NCBI GenBank assembly: GCA_022841445.1
Contig: JALHRM010000004.1
Coordinates: 11,429 to 75,428, forward strand
Length of the DNA: 64,000 nucleotides
Direction: 5' to 3'
From: Candidatus Saccharimonadota bacterium
GTDB lineage: Bacteria; Patescibacteriota; Saccharimonadia; Saccharimonadales; UBA10212
The translations under genes were made by a program, and so were the position numbers. A model generated the notes under the pieces. It saw only the letters and a list, made by a program, of their open reading frames with translations. It was not told where the DNA came from and made no database searches. Shown here piece after piece: positions 40,561-48,094 of the stretch (the first letter of the stretch is position 1; the number at the start of each line of letters is the position of its first letter).

Positions 40561-41053
40561 TGTTACCAGTATCTATTTTTTGTATTCGCCGAACGTGACG
40601 CTCTTCACCACTGAACGGTGTTTTGAGCCAGAGCAGCACGGCCTGCTCTAATGATTCCTGATTAACAAAACGAGCGCCGAAACTTATCATATTAGCGTCA
40701 TTATGCTGCCGGCTCAGTCGAAGAATTTCAAAAAAATCAGTCGCTTGAGTGCCACCTGTATCCAGTGGAGCGACAGCATGAGCCGGCCCGTAGTATACCG
40801 CGCAGCGCACCCCGCGCACTCGGTTCGCCACCATTGCTTCGCCCTGACCACTCCCGCCCATAATAATCCCTCGCTCGCATTCACCACTCGCGACGGCTTC
40901 AGCAGCCGGTCGTATGAAATCCGGGTAGTCATCATCACTGTTCATTTCAGTAGGCGCAAATGACTTGCATCGATAGCCATTTAATTCTAAAAACTCAGCT
41001 AGCTTTCTTACTGCATCAAAGCCGGCATGATCGGTACTAAGTGCTACGGTCAT
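40553..41053 (-). CDS. rpiB: Ribose-5-phosphate isomerase B
   Basis: DHAG, DDYPD, GGSGQGE, RQHNDAN, ERHVRRI. Confidence 0.93.
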   Translation of the reverse strand: MTVALSTDHAGFDAVRKLAEFLELNGYRCKSFAPTEMNSDDDYPDFIRPAAEAVASGECERGIIMGGSGQGEAMVANRVRGVRCAVYYGPAHAVAPLDTGGTQATDFFEILRLSRQHNDANMISFGARFVNQESLEQAVLLWLKTPFSGEERHVRRIQKIDTGNNG

Positions 41054-41060
41054 AGCTATG

Positions 41061-42089
41061 TTACTTTCCTTTTACTGATTTACCGAGCAATGTCCCAGCA
41101 TCAGCCACTACTTCAACCAGTCTATTGCTGTAGCCCCACTCGTTGTCATACCACGCTACCACTTTGAGCATATTGTCACCCACTACATTGGTAAGTTTTA
41201 GATCAACTGTGGCCGAGTGACTGTTGCCGATAAAGTCACTGCTTACTAATTCTTCTTCTGTTACGTCAACTATTCCTTGATAGTAAGCCTCTTTTGCAGC
41301 TTTTTTGAATACCTCATTCACCGCTTCAACGGTTACCGGTTTTTTGGTGATGATAACGAAATCGCTAAGACTTACCACTGGGGTTGGTACGCGGATACTC
41401 AGACCACCGAAAATACCCTTTAAGGCAGGCAGCGCTTCTCCGGCGGCAATACTGGCGCCGGTAGTAGTCGGCACAATATTGGTGGCAGCATTTCTCGCTT
41501 CACGCAAGTCCTTAGCCGGTGCATCTTGTAGGCGCTGACTGGCAGTATAGCTATGGATGGTTGTCATCATAGCTTTCTCAATGCCAAAATGCTGCTCAAT
41601 GATGGCGGCTACTGGCGTAATACAGTTGGTTGTGCAGCTCGCGTTACTGATAACATCACTACCACCATCAAGCGCGTCTTCGTTGACGCCCAGCACGATT
41701 GTGGTTGCCCCTTCGCCCTTCGCTGGCGCCGAGATAACAACCCGCTTCGCACCCGCATCTATATGTGCTCGGGCTTTTGCTGGGTCCACAAAAAAGCCAG
41801 TTGATTCAATAACAACATCAATATCATGCTGCTTCCAGGGAAGAGCTGCCGGATCTTTCTCCGCAAATATTCGTATCTTATGCCCATCAACAATGACATG
41901 TTGGTCGTCATAATTTACTTCGTGCCCGTATGTTCCGTAACTGCTGTCATGCTTCAGTAAATGCGCCAGTGTACGAGTGTCGGTCAAGTCATTTACCGCT
42001 ACAATTTCCATATCACTCCGCTCAAACGCAACTTTAAAAGCATTGCGCCCAATTCTGCCAAATCCATTGATAGCTACCCTGGTCTTCAC
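41061..42089 (-). CDS. gap: Type I glyceraldehyde-3-phosphate dehydrogenase
   Basis: INGFGRIGR, ASCTTNC, WYDNEWGY. GTG 42089 follows a GGGGG SD-like run. Confidence 0.96.
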   Translation of the reverse strand: MKTRVAINGFGRIGRNAFKVAFERSDMEIVAVNDLTDTRTLAHLLKHDSSYGTYGHEVNYDDQHVIVDGHKIRIFAEKDPAALPWKQHDIDVVIESTGFFVDPAKARAHIDAGAKRVVISAPAKGEGATTIVLGVNEDALDGGSDVISNASCTTNCITPVAAIIEQHFGIEKAMMTTIHSYTASQRLQDAPAKDLREARNAATNIVPTTTGASIAAGEALPALKGIFGGLSIRVPTPVVSLSDFVIITKKPVTVEAVNEVFKKAAKEAYYQGIVDVTEEELVSSDFIGNSHSATVDLKLTNVVGDNMLKVVAWYDNEWGYSNRLVEVVADAGTLLGKSVKGK

Positions 42090-42201
42090 ATTTCCCCCTT
42101 GTTTTGTCACATCAAAAGCACTTGTGGTTAATTCATATTGTACGAAGAGCTGGGGCTATCCGCAACTCCCATTTTTGCCCGGAGCTAGCTATACTATGTT
42201 C

Positions 42202-43671
42202 ATGAAAGCTCGACAACTTATTGATCTTGCAGCCGAGCACTATGCTGAGCGCGATGTGGAGCGCATTAAACAAGCCGTGCAGTTCAGTACAAAAGCCCAC
42301 GAAGGTCAGATGCGTGCCAGTGGTGATCCCTACATACAACACTGCTTCAAAGTCGCCGAAACGCTTATTGATTGGCGTTTGGACAGCAACTCAGTGATTG
42401 CCGGACTTCTTCATGATAGTGTCGAAGATAGTGGCGTAAGCTTACTGAGCTTAGAGGAGCTGTTTGGCAAAGACGTTGCCTTTTTAGTCGACGGGGTTAC
42501 AAAGGTCGGTGTAGCACGAGCAGGCATGGCCGACATCAGTACATACTTGCCGCAAACACGCGACAACTTAAGCAAATTACTGGTGGCTGTTAGCCATGAT
42601 TTGCGCGTTCTGCTTATTAAACTAGCTGACCGTTTGCATAATCTACAAACCTTGCAGTACTTGTCACCCGCTAAACAACGTAAGATTGCCCGCGAATCGC
42701 TTGAAGTTTTTGCTCCGCTCGCTGACCGCCTGGGTATCGGTCGCCTGCGTCTTCAGATAGAAGAACTTGCTTATGCTTACGTTGACCCAGCAGAGTATTC
42801 TAGGTTAAAAAAACTGATCAAAAAACGGCTCGGCAAGTCACACCGCAAGCTGGCCAAGACCCGTCAAGAAGTCGAGAAAACCCTCACCGACACCGGCATT
42901 CCCCATACTATGGACGGCCGTATCAAAAGTGTTTACAGCCTTCACAAAAAACTACGTAAGGTAAACGGCGACATCGAACGTGTTTATGATCTTATTGCTC
43001 TTCGCATTATCGTAGAAAACAAAAATCAATGTTACCAGGTGCTTGGCATCCTTCATGGTCTGTATCAGCCGATGCTCACCAAGATCAAAGATTACATCGC
43101 TGCACCAAAACCAAATGGCTACCAGAGCCTGCATACGACCGTACTCACCCCAGAAGAACAGATTGTCGAATTTCAAATCCGTACTCAAACTATGCACGAA
43201 CGAGCTGAGCGTGGTTTAGCAGCCAGCTTTTATTACAATGAACAAAAAGTAACCAACAATTACGTTGACCGGAGTGCTTCGGAATTACCTCGCAATTTAC
43301 AGTGGATCACCAAGTTGCAGATGCTGACCGACCGACTGCAGAGCGGGGAGCGCTTAAAAGGTGGTGAACTCGCTGTTGATCTGTTTGCGGACCGTATTTT
43401 CGTCTATAGCCCAAAGGGCGATATTTTCGACCTGCCAGAAGGCAGCTACCCGCTCGATTTTGCCTTTGCTGTTCATTCCGACATCGCCGTACATGCGTTC
43501 GCAGTTCGCATCAACGGAAAAATTGCACCATTCAATCGAAAATTACAGAACGGCGACATCATTCAAGTGGAAACAAAACGGACTTCCAACCCTAAATCTG
43601 ACTGGCTCAACTGGGCAAAAACAGCACGGGCGCGTCAAAAAATCCGTCAATTCCTGGCTAAACAGCCCTAA
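42202..43671 (+). CDS. rel: RelA/SpoT homolog (HD hydrolase, synthetase, TGS; C-terminally short)
   Basis: RASGDPYIQH, LHDSVED, KLADRLHN, GRIKS, GYQSLHT, EFQIRT, TGS domain. Start ATG 42202 has TATACT 6 nt upstream. Confidence 0.92.
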   Translation: MKARQLIDLAAEHYAERDVERIKQAVQFSTKAHEGQMRASGDPYIQHCFKVAETLIDWRLDSNSVIAGLLHDSVEDSGVSLLSLEELFGKDVAFLVDGVTKVGVARAGMADISTYLPQTRDNLSKLLVAVSHDLRVLLIKLADRLHNLQTLQYLSPAKQRKIARESLEVFAPLADRLGIGRLRLQIEELAYAYVDPAEYSRLKKLIKKRLGKSHRKLAKTRQEVEKTLTDTGIPHTMDGRIKSVYSLHKKLRKVNGDIERVYDLIALRIIVENKNQCYQVLGILHGLYQPMLTKIKDYIAAPKPNGYQSLHTTVLTPEEQIVEFQIRTQTMHERAERGLAASFYYNEQKVTNNYVDRSASELPRNLQWITKLQMLTDRLQSGERLKGGELAVDLFADRIFVYSPKGDIFDLPEGSYPLDFAFAVHSDIAVHAFAVRINGKIAPFNRKLQNGDIIQVETKRTSNPKSDWLNWAKTARARQKIRQFLAKQP

Positions 43672-43673
43672 GT

Positions 43674-44201
43674 CTACTTAGATTTATATCTATCAATACA
43701 TTCTTCAATGACACTCAGGGCATTCTGCTTATCGCCAAAACCGAGCACTTTGGTGCTACCTGGTTTTTTGAGGTCTTTGTAGTGAGTAAAGTGATGTTCG
43801 ATTTGTTTTTGCCACTGCGTTCCAAGATCATCCAAAGTCTGGATTCTTTCGCCATTGTCTCGGTCGTCGGCTGGCACACAGATTACTTTGTGATCCATCT
43901 CACCGTCATCTTCAAAATTAAGGACACCGATAATTCTTGCTTTCACCAGCAGTCCTGTTGGCAACGGCTCACTAGCCACAATAAGGGTATCGAGTTCGTC
44001 GCCATCATCGTCAAGCGTCCCTGGGATGAAACCGTAATTGCAGGGTTTTGCAAAAATTTGCGGCTCAAAACGATCCAGCTCAAATATTGCCAAATCACGT
44101 CGGTATTCGATTTTTAGACGCGACCCCTGGCTTATCTCAACAACAGTATTAATGTAGTCTGGCAACTCTCCGGGCGTCAAAAGCTTGTTGTAGTCAGTCA
44201 T
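43674..44201 (-). CDS. ppa: Family I inorganic pyrophosphatase
   Basis: NYGFIPGT, DGDELD, DHKVICVP, HYKDLK; SD AAGGAG. Confidence 0.95.
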   Translation of the reverse strand: MTDYNKLLTPGELPDYINTVVEISQGSRLKIEYRRDLAIFELDRFEPQIFAKPCNYGFIPGTLDDDGDELDTLIVASEPLPTGLLVKARIIGVLNFEDDGEMDHKVICVPADDRDNGERIQTLDDLGTQWQKQIEHHFTHYKDLKKPGSTKVLGFGDKQNALSVIEECIDRYKSK

Positions 44202-44280
44202 TTTTTCTCCTTATTCAGAGCATATTGTACACTAGGGCGTAGTCTTACGTCAGCAGTCTTACACGTTAACGAAAAGAAGT

Positions 44281-44877
44281 ATGAAATCATTTGTATCTTT
44301 GTTTAAACCGACGGCAGTGGTTGCCGACGTTACTGGCATATCAGTTGAATGGCTCCGAGATTGTGGCGTTACATCAGTCGGCTTTGATCTCGACCGCACC
44401 ATAATTGGTCACTCTGAGGAAAAAATCCCAACTCAGTTTCTGGATCATCTACGTACTCTGCAACAGGCGTCGTTTACAATCATTATCATAAGTAATGTAC
44501 ATACCAAGCAGCGCCGAGCAAGGTTTGATAAGATAATTCGCGAAGTACTCGCTCGCGGTATTTCGGGGGTAATCGCTGTAACACCTGAAGATGTTGGCGG
44601 CAAAGCAAAACCATCAAGTGCACCATTTGAACTAGCTGCTGAGCGAAGTAATACCAGCCCGTCGGCCATGGCATATGTGGGGGACCAGCTCCTAAAAGAC
44701 GTATACGGCGCTGCAAAGGCAGGTTACACAACAACAGTACTGGTGCGACCATATGGCAAGAATGATAATTTGGCCGTGCGTTACTTGCAACGTCCCACGA
44801 TAGATTTATTTTTCAGACTCTATCACCGCCTGCCAATCCGAAAAAATGCCTACCCCAGACGGATCAAGACGTTATGA
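44281..44877 (+). CDS. YqeG-like HAD IIIA phosphatase
   Basis: FDLDRT, ISN, KAKP, VGDQLLKDV. Confidence 0.85.
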   Translation: MKSFVSLFKPTAVVADVTGISVEWLRDCGVTSVGFDLDRTIIGHSEEKIPTQFLDHLRTLQQASFTIIIISNVHTKQRRARFDKIIREVLARGISGVIAVTPEDVGGKAKPSSAPFELAAERSNTSPSAMAYVGDQLLKDVYGAAKAGYTTTVLVRPYGKNDNLAVRYLQRPTIDLFFRLYHRLPIRKNAYPRRIKTL

Positions 44878-45560
44878 AAATTGTACTTTGGAATGTACTG
44901 CGTGATGCTTCGGTGAATGATATTTTTACAGGCATTGAGCGTATCGAAAGGGAGCATAATGGCATAGATCTACTATGCCTATGCGAAGTAACTGATGAAC
45001 TATTAGAACTCCTAAAGACGAATGGCTTTAAAACTTTTTTTCAACCCCGAGGTGACACTAGCGGTGGACTACTTGTAGCTGCTCGAGCAAGCTTACCTAC
45101 CATCAAAGCCATCCAGCTCTCTAAAAAGCGTTACCGTTACGGGCTTCACACTTCCGAGGTACTGCTTGCAAATATCAGTGCTGCCGAACCTTTTACACTG
45201 GCATTTACGCATCTAACATACAATCGCCCGAGTCGTTGGATTCAGCGCGCGCGCGAGCAGAAAATGTTACTCTCAGCACTGCCGCGCACAAATTGCGTGC
45301 TTATTGGTGATTTGAATACTTACCCGATTGAATTGCCCATTCCGTCTATTATTTCAAAACTGAAGCGAATTGGCTTTATGCCTTTGGTAAAGGGGCCTAC
45401 GTGGCACAGTCTTGCTAAACGACCGATTGGTTTTGCCCATATGCAGCTTGATCATGTCCTAGGAACTAAAGACGTGCAGCGCAAAATGAACGCTCAGATT
45501 TTGGATTTTCACTTGCCTTCAGATCATAGTCCAATTGTAGTTACCGTAGTTGCTTCATAG
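44874..45560 (+). CDS. Endonuclease/exonuclease/phosphatase (EEP) family protein
   Basis: WNV, LCE, THL, GDLN, LDH, SDH motifs; ATGA overlap with the yqeG-like gene. Confidence 0.88.
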   Translation: MKIVLWNVLRDASVNDIFTGIERIEREHNGIDLLCLCEVTDELLELLKTNGFKTFFQPRGDTSGGLLVAARASLPTIKAIQLSKKRYRYGLHTSEVLLANISAAEPFTLAFTHLTYNRPSRWIQRAREQKMLLSALPRTNCVLIGDLNTYPIELPIPSIISKLKRIGFMPLVKGPTWHSLAKRPIGFAHMQLDHVLGTKDVQRKMNAQILDFHLPSDHSPIVVTVVAS

Positions 45561-45578
45561 TAAAAACGATCGACATGT

Positions 45579-46025
45579 TCATTTTTCAATGGTTTGATTA
45601 GATAAATATGCCACTGTATCTAAGTAGTCATTACGCTTTTTTAACGGTATGGCGCTCAACCATTTACTAAGGCCTCGACGTATTTCGGCCTCAACAAGCG
45701 CGAGCGCATCTGATCCTTTGTTGGTTATCACAGTTGTATTTGCCCGCCTGTCTTCGCGACTATGGCGTTGATCGACCATTTCTAGTCGGAGAAGTGTCTT
45801 AAGCAGTGCGGTGATATGCGGTAATCCCACCCCCAACTCCTCAGATAATTGGCTATTGCTACACCCCGCAACTCCACTTTCTTGAATCAGTGACAAGGCC
45901 AACCATTCACTTTTGGTGAGTTCCTGCTTATCCAGAACTTTTTGTACAACTGTCGTCAGATTGCGCTCTGCGCGCATGTGCGTCAAACAAGCCCGAAATG
46001 CATGTAGCTGCGACTTCCCACCCAT
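45579..46025 (-). CDS. MarR family transcriptional regulator
   Basis: LTKSEWLAL, winged HTH, EDRR..ITNKG. Confidence 0.85.
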   Translation of the reverse strand: MGGKSQLHAFRACLTHMRAERNLTTVVQKVLDKQELTKSEWLALSLIQESGVAGCSNSQLSEELGVGLPHITALLKTLLRLEMVDQRHSREDRRANTTVITNKGSDALALVEAEIRRGLSKWLSAIPLKKRNDYLDTVAYLSNQTIEK

Positions 46026-46073
46026 ACTAGTAATGGTAGCAAACTTGCGCCATTACTGCTTATTAAGCTATGT

Positions 46074-47018
46074 TTATTTGTCGAAGTGCTTTAGATATTC
46101 ACGTATGTAAAGTGCGGCCGTCGCACCTTCACCAGTCGCACTGGCAATTTGCATTGTAGCTCCAGCTCTGACGTCTCCGGCCGCATAAATGCCGCTAATG
46201 CCAGTTTCTAGTAGATGGTTTGTTACGACAAACCCTACTTCATCAGTTTTGACACCGCTTCCTTCCAAGAATTTAGTAGTAGGAAGTAATCCTATAAACA
46301 CGAACACACCGTCCGTAGGGAACGATATATCTTCATTATCCTTAGTGTTGCGCGCTTCAACTGAAGTGACTTTGTTATCTTCTCCAACAATTGCTAGCGG
46401 CGAGGTATTGAAATGAACCGTTACTTTGTCGGCATGTTCTTTAAGTTCTTGTTGCAAAACATCGCTCGCCCGAAAACTTTCTCCTCGCACTAGTAGATCA
46501 ATATGGCTGGCGAATTTTGTTAAGAACATCGTTTCCTGCACTGCCGAGTTACCCCCTCCAACAACCACGAGCCGCTTATCGCGATAAAATGCACCATCAC
46601 AGGTTGCACAGGAATGCACACCTCGCCCATAAAACTCCTCTTCACCAGGAATACCTAATTTTTTATAAGAGGTACCGGTTGCAATTAAAACTGCTTTTGC
46701 TTTGAACTCACCACTTGTTGTGGCGAGTACTTTTATGTTCCCGTCTGTAGTAACTGACTGGACTTCACCGAGTTCGATTTGCGCCCCAAAGCGCTCAGCC
46801 TGGGCGCGCATTTGATCCGATAATTCCATTCCTGTTACGCCATCGGAAAATCCGGGGTAATTATCAACTTTGTCAGTGATTGCCGCTAAACCGCCGATAA
46901 CGCCTTTTTCGAACAACAGTGTCGATATATCTTCCCGGGTAGTGTAAATGGCTGCAGCTAACGCTGTCGGGCCTGCACCTATAATTATCACGTCCCAAAT
47001 TTTATCTTTATGTTCCAT
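46074..47018 (-). CDS. trxB: Thioredoxin reductase
   Basis: GAGP, CATCDG, GGGNSA, AAGDV. Confidence 0.94.
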   Translation of the reverse strand: MEHKDKIWDVIIIGAGPTALAAAIYTTREDISTLLFEKGVIGGLAAITDKVDNYPGFSDGVTGMELSDQMRAQAERFGAQIELGEVQSVTTDGNIKVLATTSGEFKAKAVLIATGTSYKKLGIPGEEEFYGRGVHSCATCDGAFYRDKRLVVVGGGNSAVQETMFLTKFASHIDLLVRGESFRASDVLQQELKEHADKVTVHFNTSPLAIVGEDNKVTSVEARNTKDNEDISFPTDGVFVFIGLLPTTKFLEGSGVKTDEVGFVVTNHLLETGISGIYAAGDVRAGATMQIASATGEGATAALYIREYLKHFDK

Positions 47019-47090
47019 TAGGTACTTTCTAGCGTAATGTATTCACTGTTTAATGTAAAGTTGATTTTACTTTCAGTAGTACTGCCTGCA

Positions 47091-47339
47091 TTAAGCCACT
47101 GCCGGGGCGAGACGAGCAAGATTATAGCCAACTATTACTTCGGTCGTATCGTCCTGACGCGTCACAACGGTTACCGGTACAGTCAATGCGCCACTCATAC
47201 TTAATACTTCCTGGCTGCGCTCTGGGTTTTTTTCAATATTCACCTCTTGATAGGTAAGTCCTTTGCTCGTAAGCCAACGCTTGACCATTACACAGTAGCT
47301 GCAGGTATTGGTTGTAAATATTGTGATGTCTTTTGCCAT
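47091..47339 (-). CDS. Glutaredoxin-like (NrdH/YruB-type) redoxin
   Basis: CSYC, TVP, IVGY; SD AAGGTGG. Confidence 0.9.
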   Translation of the reverse strand: MAKDITIFTTNTCSYCVMVKRWLTSKGLTYQEVNIEKNPERSQEVLSMSGALTVPVTVVTRQDDTTEVIVGYNLARLAPAVA

Positions 47340-47402
47340 TTTTTCTAAACCACCTTTTTTGTCGTTGTTACTATTATTTTCTACTTTGTTTTTTATGTAT
47401 AG

Positions 47403-47451
47403 ATAGTATACATAGCGGTTATTTTTTGTGCAAGTACTCTATATATAGCGT
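47403..47451 (-). promoter_or_regulatory. Sigma70 promoter with tandem NrdR-like boxes
   Basis: TTGCAC (47433-47428), 17 nt, TATACT (47410-47405). ACTCTATATATAGCGT at 47436-47451 and ATAGTATACATAGCGG at 47403-47418. Confidence 0.65.
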
Positions 47452-48009
47452 TTATTCTCCGATTTTGATCAATTTTACGACGAAAACAAGATCAGAGTCA
47501 GCCGGGATACTGCCAGATCCACTACTCCCATAAGCTAGATCAGCCGGGATGACAAGTCGGCGCGTACCACCCTCTTTCATGCCAATCAGACCTTGGTCCC
47601 AACCCGGAATTACCTGCCCCTGCCCGACAGCAAATTTCAGAGCATTGACACTGTTAAAGTTACCATCGAATTTTTCGCCGCTGACGGCCAATGTACCGTG
47701 GTATTTAACCTGCAGGCAATCTCCTGCCGCCACAGCCGCCCCACTACCAGGAACTAAGTCAGTTGTTTTTAATTCAGTTACATCCCCGTCCGGCTTAAAT
47801 GCCTCTGGCTCGGCTTCCGAACTTGCTCCACTCACCGAACCAATTGCGCAGTTGTTGTTATTCGCTAGACCATCCTTTATGTCTTGCAGTGATTGTTGTT
47901 GTTTATTCTGGCGGTTAATGTCCCACACCACGATGGCACTGAAACCAATTGAAGTAATCAAGAATATGAATGCCATCGAAAGCCAAAAGACACGCTGAAC
48001 TTTTGTCAT
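47452..48009 (-). CDS. Membrane-anchored FKBP-type peptidyl-prolyl isomerase
   Basis: TM helix; YHGTL, FD, VIPGWDQG, GGTRRLVIP..AYG, LVFVVKL. Confidence 0.93.
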   Translation of the reverse strand: MTKVQRVFWLSMAFIFLITSIGFSAIVVWDINRQNKQQQSLQDIKDGLANNNNCAIGSVSGASSEAEPEAFKPDGDVTELKTTDLVPGSGAAVAAGDCLQVKYHGTLAVSGEKFDGNFNSVNALKFAVGQGQVIPGWDQGLIGMKEGGTRRLVIPADLAYGSSGSGSIPADSDLVFVVKLIKIGE

Positions 48010-48094
48010 AAGTCGTTACCCTCACTTAAACCTTATGTTGAAATTATTATAGCTTAACTGCTGTGAATTAATTGTAGTGATTTTCGCTTCAATA

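Noticed and set aside
41977..42201. N-terminal 75 aa of the 564-aa rel ORF
   Set aside because: It is antisense to gap with no RSH similarity. The real start is probably 42202.
145..44251. TTACGTC heptamer in three intergenic regions (near 146, 4402 and 44245)
   Set aside because: It is short, inconsistent in orientation and position, and the flanking genes are unrelated. Chance cannot be excluded.
47340..47393. A-rich leader of the redoxin gene as a possible ncRNA or riboswitch
   Set aside because: It is unstructured and A-rich, consistent with a simple translational enhancer before the SD.
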